Assembly (NCBI GenBank): GCA_963789985.1
Contig: CAWBNA010000019.1
Span: 464,464-528,463 of the forward strand
Source of the DNA: an uncultured Bacteroidales bacterium
GTDB taxonomy: Bacteria; Bacteroidota; Bacteroidia; Bacteroidales; VadinHA17
DNA: 64,000 nt
Direction: 5' to 3'
Shown: positions 40,079 to 48,563 of the stretch, piece by piece
Layout: the number at the start of each line of letters is the position of its first letter
Numbering within the stretch: the first letter of the stretch is position 1
Made by a program: the position numbers and the translations under genes
Notes under the pieces: generated by a model
Told to the model about the DNA's origin: nothing
The model's database searches: none
What the model saw: only the letters and a program-made list of their open reading frames with translations

Positions 40079-41506
40079 CACTGTTATCCGATTAATAATT
40101 TAGATTCGTAATTGACTCCCATAAGTATCTGATTATCAATCATCATATCTTTCATTTAAAAATTGACCCCCTGCATATTAAAGCATAATTGTAACCCGGG
40201 AGGGATTGGTTTACTCTTAAATCTTCTTTTTGTGCTCCGCAGCAGCTCCTTAACATCCAGCATGCTTATTAAGTGTATCCGGACCAATGATGCTACCACT
40301 GAAAAGGCTTTCTTTGCCTGCGCGATCTTTTGAGTCACAGTCAATAGCAGTTGGGCTATTAATGTGCACCAGACCTGAGTATAGATGGCATTTTCGTTCT
40401 CTCCGTAAAAGTAATGTAACTGGAAGTTCTGTTTCATTTTCTTGAACAGTATCTCAATACCCCATCTTTTCTTGTAAAGTAATGCCACATCTTCAGCTTC
40501 AATATCAAAGTTATTTGTCAGAAAATCAAAATATCGGTTCTGTTCATCTTGATAACTGACCTTTCTCAGTTTCATTTTGAGTTTGGTCTTAATATCTTGC
40601 TTGCCGTCTTCTTTTTCAGGATGATATTCCAGTTCGATGATCTCATCCCTTAACACTTTTGCCTGCCCTGCCTTACGATAATGAACTCGTTTAACCTCTT
40701 TAACCGTAAATACAGCATTCCTTTTCATCCGGGTGACAAAATATACCTGTTGTGTGGTCCAGAGCGTAAACTGTTGATAATAATTATAGGCTTTATCAAA
40801 GACTATCATGCTGTTAGATATCAGTTCCAGGCTTTTTAAGAACTTTTGATCATTGACCTTTGCTGCTGTCATTTTAATAAACCTACCAACCGATTGAACC
40901 GCATCAATAAGCATATGGACCTTCATTCCGCCTTTCTTCCTGCCATCTCCTTTGGGATTACGGCCAACTCCCTTTAATATGTCACTAAATAACCGGATAG
41001 TCGTTGAGTCGATAATAAGTACCTCTTTAAAAGTCAATCCAAATGTCCGGCTGTCCGATAAAAAATTCTGATAATGTTTTATCAGGCTAAAATACAGATC
41101 TTCAAAAAACTTGCTGCTCCTGTTGCGTAAACCATCACATGCCGTACTCTTAGCTGGTGCCTGATCCATACCAAGATGATTAAGCTTGCCGCCCATTGCA
41201 CGCAGACCTTCGCAGACTTCAGTCATCGAATCGCACCGGCTTAATATCCCGAACAGCATCGTAAAAAGGTGAGTCCGCGTTTTAAATGACTTGTAATAAT
41301 AATCACTCTCGTGCTTCTTAATCAACCCCTTTATATTGACCTTGTCAACTAAATTCATTATCTGTTTGAAAATCGGCTGTCCGACTAATTTTATTTCTGT
41401 AATTTTACCCATGTTGTACTTGATTTTATGCAAAGACCAAATTACAACATCGGGGGGAACCCTCATGGGATACCCCCGTTTTTATTATTTTAGTCGGACA
41501 CTAGTG
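40079..41506 (-). mobile_element. IS4-family insertion sequence (1428 bp)
   Basis: It has imperfect terminal inverted repeats, CACTGTTATCCGATTAATAAT (left) and CACTAGTGTCCGACTAAAATAAT (right, reverse complement). It is flanked by a 9-bp direct repeat ATATTTTAT and holds a single transposase ORF. Confidence 0.85.
40156..41412 (-). CDS. IS4-family DDE transposase
   Basis: The ATG at 41412 (MGKITEIKLVGQPIFKQ...) starts the ORF. DDE-type motifs are LIIDSTTIRL and MIVFDKAYNYY, and the Y-x2-R-x3-E-x6-K signature is YKKRWGIEILFKKMK. Confidence 0.85.
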   Translation of the reverse strand: MGKITEIKLVGQPIFKQIMNLVDKVNIKGLIKKHESDYYYKSFKTRTHLFTMLFGILSRCDSMTEVCEGLRAMGGKLNHLGMDQAPAKSTACDGLRNRSSKFFEDLYFSLIKHYQNFLSDSRTFGLTFKEVLIIDSTTIRLFSDILKGVGRNPKGDGRKKGGMKVHMLIDAVQSVGRFIKMTAAKVNDQKFLKSLELISNSMIVFDKAYNYYQQFTLWTTQQVYFVTRMKRNAVFTVKEVKRVHYRKAGQAKVLRDEIIELEYHPEKEDGKQDIKTKLKMKLRKVSYQDEQNRYFDFLTNNFDIEAEDVALLYKKRWGIEILFKKMKQNFQLHYFYGENENAIYTQVWCTLIAQLLLTVTQKIAQAKKAFSVVASLVRIHLISMLDVKELLRSTKRRFKSKPIPPGLQLCFNMQGVNF

Positions 41507-41515
41507 ATATTTTAT
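41507..41515 (+). repeat. target-site duplication (right) of IS4-family element
   Basis: ATATTTTAT, identical to 40070-40078. Confidence 0.85.
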
Positions 41516-42468
41516 TCAAAATCAGCAACCAATATTACTGACTAAGGACAAAAATTATAAGGATATCTTCTCTAATAGTTCAATAATAAATTGGTTAACA
41601 AAAAATGAGTTAAAGTTTGCTACAGCTATAATGTGTGCGCCAAAACAAGGAATCTTTCATTTAGATTTTACAAACTATAACACAATAAATATAGATTGTG
41701 ATTGTATAGATGCTATACCAGATGGATTAAAAAACTTATTTCTTCGAGAATATTTTGAGATCAATAAACGATTTACACCAATTGGTTTTCGTGCATGGCA
41801 TAGGCAACCCATGCCTGACTTAATGGCATACGAATTTTCTTCTTACAATGATTCGATTGAATATTTCAACAAGCTTTATGATAATTTTAAAATATCGGAC
41901 CATCTTTTATTAAGGACATGCAATTATTTTGTCAAAGCTATAATGCATTGGAGCAATCAGATTTATATTGAAGAGGCTATTGCGAATTCCTTTTTCTGCC
42001 TTGAAGGTTGTTTACATCTGATTCAGAAAAAGTATGGCGATCACAACTTAAAGCTTAATATGAAGCTTTTAAATGAAGTATTTAAGAATGATATACCCTA
42101 TGGAGAAAATCTCTTTGAGTTTATCAAAGAAGGATATGAGAAAAGAAATACATTAGTTCATGCAGAGCCAGAATGGGGAGCTGATTGGAGTCCATTTTTG
42201 ACAGCAGAAGATTTTTATGAGTATTTTAAACTTTGTCGAGAATTACTTAATTTCATTCTCATTGATAGACAATTAGATGATTTATAATATAAACTACAAG
42301 CAATACATGGTATAAGCAAAATCAGGGCATGCAGCAGGTTTAAACGTTTTACCCCGCACTAAAGTTTGTTCTCCGAAATAGATATGTGCACCAAAGTCCA
42401 ACAATACCAATACATCCGACTTTTTTATACAAGGCTTTAAAGCCATTCATTTTTATTTAATAATATCT

Positions 42469-42508
42469 GACCAACTCAGGAATAATAATCCTCAGTTGGT
42501 CTTTTTTT
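42469..42508 (+). terminator. intrinsic terminator upstream of radC-like gene
   Basis: GACCAACTCAGG-AATAATAAT-CCTCAGTTGGTC pairs at 11/12 positions and is followed by TTTTTTT. Confidence 0.7.
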
Positions 42509-42532
42509 ATCCCACAATTAAATCTTATTATC

Positions 42533-42991
42533 ATGAAACAATCAGATATAAATATATCCGAGGTAAAACTTATTTACCGAACTAAGATCAAAGCTTCAGA
42601 GAGGCTGCAGGTAAAATCCTCAAAGGATGCATTTGATATCTTTATGGAGCATTGGGATCTTGATTCAATAGAACATGTCGAGGAATTTAAGCTCATGCTA
42701 TTAACTAGATCAAATAAAGTCCTGGGAATAGCATCAATCTCAAAAGGCGGGATTTCTGGCACAGTCACGGATGTGAGGGTCATTTTGCAGTATGCAATTA
42801 AAGCCAATGCCAGCGGCATCATAATTTGTCATAACCACCCATCAGGCAATTTAAAGCCAAGCGAATCTGATCTGACAATCACAAGAAAGGTTAAGGATTC
42901 AGGTGCTTTGATGGATATTCAGTTATTAGACAATCTGATAATCATCCCGGAAGGCAGGTATTATAGCATGGCGGATGAAGGAATAATTTAG
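42533..42991 (+). CDS. radC: RadC-like JAB/MPN-domain protein
   Basis: A 152-aa ORF. The JAMM motif IIICHNHPSGNLKPSESD (HxHx7Sx2D) is present, and the size is that of mobile-element RadC proteins. Confidence 0.8.
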   Translation: MKQSDINISEVKLIYRTKIKASERLQVKSSKDAFDIFMEHWDLDSIEHVEEFKLMLLTRSNKVLGIASISKGGISGTVTDVRVILQYAIKANASGIIICHNHPSGNLKPSESDLTITRKVKDSGALMDIQLLDNLIIIPEGRYYSMADEGII

Positions 42992-43281
42992 ACGGAACCC
43001 ATTATTTGCAGATTTTATTTTAACTGCGCATAAATAGCTAGTGTTAAAAAGGTATAAGAATTTTTACTCTACGTAGCTACCACCTACCCCTGTTTTTTCA
43101 ACGATCTTCTCCTAAGTGGTGTTCTAGTATTACCCAAGTTAAAGTGGCTATTTTTAGGGTACCGGTAAGGTAGCTAGGACATTTTTAGAATATTTTAATT
43201 ATTACACGTTTAATACAGTTAATCAGATATATAAAATCTGAACTTAATTTCATAATTTATTAACTTTTAAAACTCAATGTT

Positions 43282-43899
43282 ATGTTACCAGGACCAACAA
43301 TTATAATATCTTGCCCATTATGTGGGCAGTATGCAAAGAAAAAGACCTTAATCTCAGGCAATACCTTTGGTGCAGTTTTATGGTCTGACGGCAAAAGAAT
43401 AGCACCGATGTTACCAGAATTTCCAAGCTTAGTTCTTTGTAAGAAATGCGATCAGTTTTATTGGGTAAAAAATGCTAATAAAGTTGAGGAAATCAGCAAT
43501 TACTCAGAAATAAAAGATAAATGGGGGAATATTGATTTCGTTGAATTCCCGACCTTTCATCAGTATTTTATTGCTTTAGAAACGATTTCTAACGAGAAGT
43601 TTATCAGAATAAACATCTGGTGGAGCTTTAACGATTATTTCAGGAATAATCATGAAAATGATATTACACCGGATATGCAGAAGCTGAATACTAAAAACTT
43701 AATTGCTTTATTGAAAATTCTGGATGAATCTGACAACAATGAGCTGCTAATGAAGGCTGAGGTACTTCGTAATTTAGGACAGTTTAAAGAGAGCAAGCAG
43801 CTATTTGACAGAATAAGTGATGACGATATGGGCTGGGTAAAAAAGAAACTTCTGGTAGAGATAAATAAGCATAATACACAGGTGTTTCAATTGTATTAA
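43282..43899 (+). CDS. hypothetical protein with N-terminal zinc-ribbon (CPLCG...CKKCD)
   Basis: A 205-aa ORF with two CxxC pairs 39 residues apart and a helical C-terminus. No family was recognised. Confidence 0.45.
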   Translation: MLPGPTIIISCPLCGQYAKKKTLISGNTFGAVLWSDGKRIAPMLPEFPSLVLCKKCDQFYWVKNANKVEEISNYSEIKDKWGNIDFVEFPTFHQYFIALETISNEKFIRINIWWSFNDYFRNNHENDITPDMQKLNTKNLIALLKILDESDNNELLMKAEVLRNLGQFKESKQLFDRISDDDMGWVKKKLLVEINKHNTQVFQLY

Positions 43900-44274
43900 A
43901 TATGAATGCCGGTATGTTAAAATTCCTACCTATTCTAACCCGTTTTCAACCAGAATGGATTTATACAGATTTAATATTATAGCTAAATAGCATAAATCAT
44001 TGCTCTCAGATTCTGATTAGTAGTGGCTGGAAAATCAGGTTGAACTGAGCACTCAGTACCGGAGTACTTTGAGCATATGATTCCGAATGCGATTGAGCAT
44101 CTGAAACCTGAACATAAATATTACAATATCAAAGGGGAATGGTAAATAAATTTGATGTATATATGAATATTCTTTCAGTTTATTCTTATTCTTATTGAAT
44201 TGTTCAATATTTCCAAACCAGCACTAATCACCATTACATATTCCAATATTTAAGCATAGCTGTTTAAAATAAAA

Positions 44275-44305
44275 TTGACTTCAGCTTTTTGCTGGCGTAA
44301 CTTGC
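44275..44305 (+). promoter_or_regulatory. promoter, TTGAC-N18-TAACTTGC, upstream of small OM beta-barrel gene
   Basis: The sequence reads TTGAC ttcagctttttgctggcg TAACTTGC, preceded by TTTAAAATAAAA, 56 nt before the ATG at 44361. Confidence 0.45.
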
Positions 44306-44360
44306 ATCATATTTCTGACTTACTGATATTTATTTTTTCTATTAACCAAATTTCAATCAA

Positions 44361-44921
44361 ATGAAAACATTTTGTAAAGCCAAAATAATTGTCGTATTAC
44401 TGTTACTTTGTACAAATGGTATACAGGCACAAACGGCACAGATAAAACTTTATCAGGTTGTCTCAGCGGAAAATTTAAATTCAAAACCAGGATTGATAAA
44501 CATCACTGAGGTTAATATGGGAATTGGATTGTTCCAAACTAACCGGGATTACTCAAAAAGGTTTTATAATATTTCAGACATTTTTGGGATTGGCATCCTA
44601 AAAAATCTGATAGGAGGGATCGGCATAGGAGTTTCATTATATAACGGCGGCAGTCTGATTCCTCTTTTCGTGGATCTTAGGTATTTTATAAACATCGGGA
44701 AAATAAGTGTTTTTGCTTTTGGTGATGGTGGAATACTTTTGAACTCTGCCAAAACCACTGGTGGAACAAAAATTCTGATAAACCCGGGCGCAGGAGTGGC
44801 TTTACCTGTCAGCAAAAATCTGTCAGTAAACCTTGGGGCAGGCCTGTTCGTTAACCTTATGAAAGATTATGCTACCGACAGCTTCGTCAGTATTAAGGCT
44901 GGAATGACTTATTATTTTTAA
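44361..44921 (+). CDS. small outer-membrane beta-barrel-like protein
   Basis: A 186-aa ORF with signal peptide MKTFCKAKIIVVLLLLCTNGIQAQ. It has Gly-rich amphipathic strands and a C-terminal GMTYYF (terminal Phe). Confidence 0.5.
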   Translation: MKTFCKAKIIVVLLLLCTNGIQAQTAQIKLYQVVSAENLNSKPGLINITEVNMGIGLFQTNRDYSKRFYNISDIFGIGILKNLIGGIGIGVSLYNGGSLIPLFVDLRYFINIGKISVFAFGDGGILLNSAKTTGGTKILINPGAGVALPVSKNLSVNLGAGLFVNLMKDYATDSFVSIKAGMTYYF

Positions 44922-45023
44922 AAAAAGAATATTAAAGATGGTTAAGTATATAATCACTGATGGGCAATTTAGTCCGGCCAGCTATGGTCAAGGTCATTGG
45001 CATCTCCTCTTAGATAAATAAAA

Positions 45024-45054
45024 TTGCTATAAGCCTTTTTATAAATTAAATTTG
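45024..45054 (+). promoter_or_regulatory. promoter, TTGCT-N18-TAAATTTG, upstream of TIR gene
   Basis: The sequence reads TTGCT ataagcctttttataaat TAAATTTG, preceded by GATAAATAAAA, 24 nt before the ATG at 45078. Confidence 0.45.
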
Positions 45055-45077
45055 ATACTGAAATAAATAAACATCAG

Positions 45078-47222
45078 ATGTCAGCCATTATTGAAGGATA
45101 TAATTATGACATCTTCATCAGCTATCGCCAGAAAGACAACAAACACGATGGCTGGGTAACAGAGTTTGTAGATAACCTGAAGGGAGAACTTGAATCGACA
45201 TTTAAAGAGGAAATTAGTGTTTACTTCGACATCAACCCACATGATGGACTTTTGGAGACACATGATGTTGATGCCTCTTTGAAAGATAAACTTAAGTGCC
45301 TTGTCTTTATCCCAATTATTTCCCGCACATATTGTGATCCCAGGTCATTCGCATGGGAGCATGAGTTCAAAGCTTTTATTAATGAAGCCTCCCAAGATCA
45401 GTTTGGATTAAAGGTAAAACTGCCTAATGGGAATGTTACAAGTAGGGTATTGCCAGTTCAGATACATGAACTTGATGCTGGAGACAGGACGATTATTGAA
45501 AGTAAACTTGGAGGATTTTTAAGAGGTATTGAGTTCATCTATAAGGAACCCGGAGTCAATCGACCCCTTATGGCAAATGAAGATCATCCAGATAATAATC
45601 TCAATAAAACTTTCTATCGGAACCAAATAAACAAAGTTGCTAATGCTGTAAAAGAGATTATTACTGCAATAGCACATCCTGGACAAAAGACTGAAGGGAT
45701 TTTAAAAGAGGTTGTTAATATAAAACCTAAAAAGGCAAAAAATCTGAAAATAAAAACCATTGCTGTATCTGTTATAATACTTTTACTTATTATTCTTGGT
45801 TATTACTTAATAACCACACTTACTAAACAAAAAGAACAGCGTGCAAAATCTGTTGCTGTTTTACCTTTTATAAACGACAGCCCTAATGATTCGACCACTT
45901 ACTTCATGGATGGCGTTATGGAAGAAATACTCACGAATCTGCAGACAGTCAAGAATCTCAGGGTTATTTCCCGTACCTCTGTTGAACAATATAGAAAACA
46001 AACCAAATCCGTCCATGAAATTGCGAAAGAACTGGGTGTGAATTACATTGTGGATGGTAGCGGACAAAAATCCGGCAATAGTTTTCGTCTAAGGGTAAAA
46101 TTAATTAGGGCAAATAAAGAAAGTAATATCTGGGCAAAGTCATATGATCAGGATAATCCTGAAGCTAAAGATTATTTCAGCATACAGAGCCAGATAGCCC
46201 AGGCAATAGCAACACAATTAGAAGCAGTAATAACGCCTCAGGAGAAACAGCTTATTGAAAAAACACATACAGCAAACCTATCCGCTTACGATGCTTTTCT
46301 TAAAGGTGAATTTTATCGGAGGAAACGAACTCAAAATGATCTCAAGACTGCAATGAAATATTATCAGATTGCTTTGGAGAAAGACCCTAAATATGCCCGA
46401 GCTTATTGTGGTATTGCTTACGGCTGGTCTGAGTTTTTGGAAATGGGTTATATATCTCCATCCGAGGGATTACCAAAAGAGTACGAAGCATTAATGACTG
46501 CAGAAAAACTCGACAGTACTCTTGCTGATGTTCATTATGGTCTTGCTGTTTACACATGGAACAAATGGGATTGGAAAAGCAGTGACTCTGAATTTCAAAA
46601 AACTATCAGAATTAATCCCAATAATGCTGAAGCATATGCAGGCTACTCACAATTTCTAATTGCATTAGGTCGTTCGGAAGAAGCAATGAAACAGATAGAT
46701 TTGGCGCTTAAACTGGATCCAAATAATCCACTGATTAATGGTCGCTTCAGCTTTGATTTATTATTTGTGCAGCGATATGATGAGGCTATCTCTGTTAGTC
46801 GTGAAGCGCTTAAAAAAGATCCTGCCTGTGGTTCCGGATTATATGCTTTACAGTTTGCCCTTCATTTGACCGGCAGATATGATGAAGCGTTGGAACTTTG
46901 GAAGACAAACTATTTCGTAGGCTATCCAGGTTTTGTTCATGCTTTTGATAAAGGTTATGCTAAAGCAGGCTATATAGGAGCACTAAGTTTTGAGGCGGAT
47001 ACTCTTGTTGCACAGTCAAAAGCTGCATATATTAATCCATTTGATATTGCTATTCTTTATGTCTGTTCCGGGAATAAGGAGCGAGCTTTAGATTATTTGG
47101 AAGGTGGTTTTGAAGTACATGATGTTAATTTGACTTTTTTGTCATTGCCAATATTTGACTGTCTGCATAACTCACCTCGCTATCAAGCTTTATGTAAGAA
47201 AATGAACCTTCCTTATAGATAA
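45078..47222 (+). CDS. TIR-domain / single-TM / TolB_N-like / TPR-repeat protein
   Basis: A 714-aa ORF. The N-terminal TIR signature is YDIFISYRQKDN...LVFIPIISRTYCDPRSFAWEHEF, with no signal peptide. The TM helix is IKTIAVSVIILLLIILGYYLITTL. The next domain is SVAVLPFINDSPNDSTTYFMDGVMEEILTNL...VISRTS...LGVNYIVDGSGQKSGNSFRLRVKLI (COG5616/TolB-N-like). About 300 aa of TPR-like repeats follow. Confidence 0.7.
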   Translation: MSAIIEGYNYDIFISYRQKDNKHDGWVTEFVDNLKGELESTFKEEISVYFDINPHDGLLETHDVDASLKDKLKCLVFIPIISRTYCDPRSFAWEHEFKAFINEASQDQFGLKVKLPNGNVTSRVLPVQIHELDAGDRTIIESKLGGFLRGIEFIYKEPGVNRPLMANEDHPDNNLNKTFYRNQINKVANAVKEIITAIAHPGQKTEGILKEVVNIKPKKAKNLKIKTIAVSVIILLLIILGYYLITTLTKQKEQRAKSVAVLPFINDSPNDSTTYFMDGVMEEILTNLQTVKNLRVISRTSVEQYRKQTKSVHEIAKELGVNYIVDGSGQKSGNSFRLRVKLIRANKESNIWAKSYDQDNPEAKDYFSIQSQIAQAIATQLEAVITPQEKQLIEKTHTANLSAYDAFLKGEFYRRKRTQNDLKTAMKYYQIALEKDPKYARAYCGIAYGWSEFLEMGYISPSEGLPKEYEALMTAEKLDSTLADVHYGLAVYTWNKWDWKSSDSEFQKTIRINPNNAEAYAGYSQFLIALGRSEEAMKQIDLALKLDPNNPLINGRFSFDLLFVQRYDEAISVSREALKKDPACGSGLYALQFALHLTGRYDEALELWKTNYFVGYPGFVHAFDKGYAKAGYIGALSFEADTLVAQSKAAYINPFDIAILYVCSGNKERALDYLEGGFEVHDVNLTFLSLPIFDCLHNSPRYQALCKKMNLPYR

Positions 47223-48353
47223 TTATTGTTAATATCAACTTTGCATATCTTTATCTGGAAGCCAAAAAGGCTGTTGCCGGGCAGAAGAATAATTGATTTA
47301 CAATCAAAGAATGGCAAACACACAAATAAACATAGGAAGGTTGACTGTGTATTGATTAGGGGTGGCTAATAATAAAGGAAGACAAGGAAATTGATCCCCA
47401 GCTCCATTGGAAAGAATTCTTTTTCCCCTCATAAGTAAAAAACCTGAAAGGGAACCCAGATTCTTATCGTAATATATCCCCTGAAACCTCTGTTAACCCT
47501 TAATTCGGCAGACATATCACCTTGGGTGGATGTGCACCTTTAACACCACATCTTTATCCTTTACAACAGGGGGTAAAAGGCTATTTATTATCCTTGCTTC
47601 CCGTACGGAAGCATTACTTTGAGACAGGTTTCTATTGGCAAAATTCCTTAGGAGTTTTATGAAATCTATATGCTTAAATATATCTCCTTGAAGGTGGTAT
47701 CTACATCAATGTGAGAAGATATTCCTTTATAATAGGGCAAAGAACGTCTGTAAGAATTGATTTCTTGAAAAGATACCCTAAATTTGCGCATCAAGTTGAA
47801 GAAAGATGCAGATAGAGAATTGGGGAATAACTTATTAAAAACTGAAATTATGGAAAAATTATCAACAAGAGAAAGTCATTTAAAAAGAGTGGGAAACAAG
47901 AGAAAAGCAATGATGAAAGGTAAAGAATATCATTTCTCAAACAAGAAGTCTTCTTCAAAGTTTAGAAAAATTCTGGAAAACAACTGCTTAATAATAAAGC
48001 AATTAAGTGGAGAATCACAGAATAGGCTTTTGTTATTATAGTGTAAGTACTCTGTATTTGATTGATATTGTTAAGGATATTGATAGCCCATGTCGGTTTA
48101 GAAGTATTGGAAGCCACCCAGAATAAGAGCGTAAAATGCCGAAACAAAATATGGGAATATACTGTAAAGAGTATCTGACACAGAATGAGAATTTCTATCA
48201 ATAGCCAGAAATAAGGTTACGCAAAAAAAGCTGTTGCCAATCAAAAGAATAATTAACTTTGTCATTGCAGATGTAAGCAGAGAGGAGTATTTTTCGAGAC
48301 CTGTAAAAGCTGTATCTCTGTAGTAAATTGATTATAAGCGAAGTGAAAAAATA

Positions 48354-48375
48354 GTTCGAGTCCCATTGGAGGCTC
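48354..48375 (+). repeat. attR-like copy of tRNA-Thr 3' end
   Basis: GTTCGAGTCCCATTGGAGGCTC is identical to 28182-28203. No tRNA body lies upstream of it. Confidence 0.75.
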
Positions 48376-48563
48376 AAACTCGTAATCTACGCTGCATTAA
48401 ATCAACTAATTATAATAATAAAGAACGAGCAGAGCATTCGAGAAGTATGCAAGCTCCCTTCACCGGGAACTTTTCTCTTTCTGTAAAATTATAAATAAAA
48501 CAAAACTGCAAAACCTAGTAATTGATTTTTCTTAACTTCGATTCATAATAAGTTAGTTTTTCT

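Larger units (their letters stand above)
39699..42287 (+). pseudogene. HEPN-motif gene (RNTLVH) split by an IS4-family insertion; restores to a 383-aa ORF
   Basis: Removing 40079-41515 (the IS plus one TSD copy) joins 39699-40078 to 41516-42287 in frame. This gives 380+772=1152 nt with no stop in the 38 bridging codons. RNTLVH is encoded at 42144-42161. Confidence 0.8.
28182..48375 (+). mobile_element. integrated genomic island in tRNA-Thr (decayed integrative element, defence/accessory cargo)
   Basis: A perfect 22-bp direct repeat, GTTCGAGTCCCATTGGAGGCTC, occurs at 28182-28203 (tRNA 3' end) and at 48354-48375. A tyrosine integrase gene sits immediately inside the tRNA-proximal end. The cargo is accessory genes, an IS and pseudogenes. 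Confidence 0.75.

Noticed and set aside
47784-48201. Two overlapping small ORFs (47784..48041 on the plus strand, 47962..48201 on the minus strand) near attR.
   Set aside because: They are mutually exclusive. The first has a TTG start and a Lys-rich low-complexity product, the second is hydrophobic and of odd composition, and neither has a promoter motif. Frame-hopping peptide fragments on the minus strand of 47.3-47.8 kb suggest decayed genes instead.
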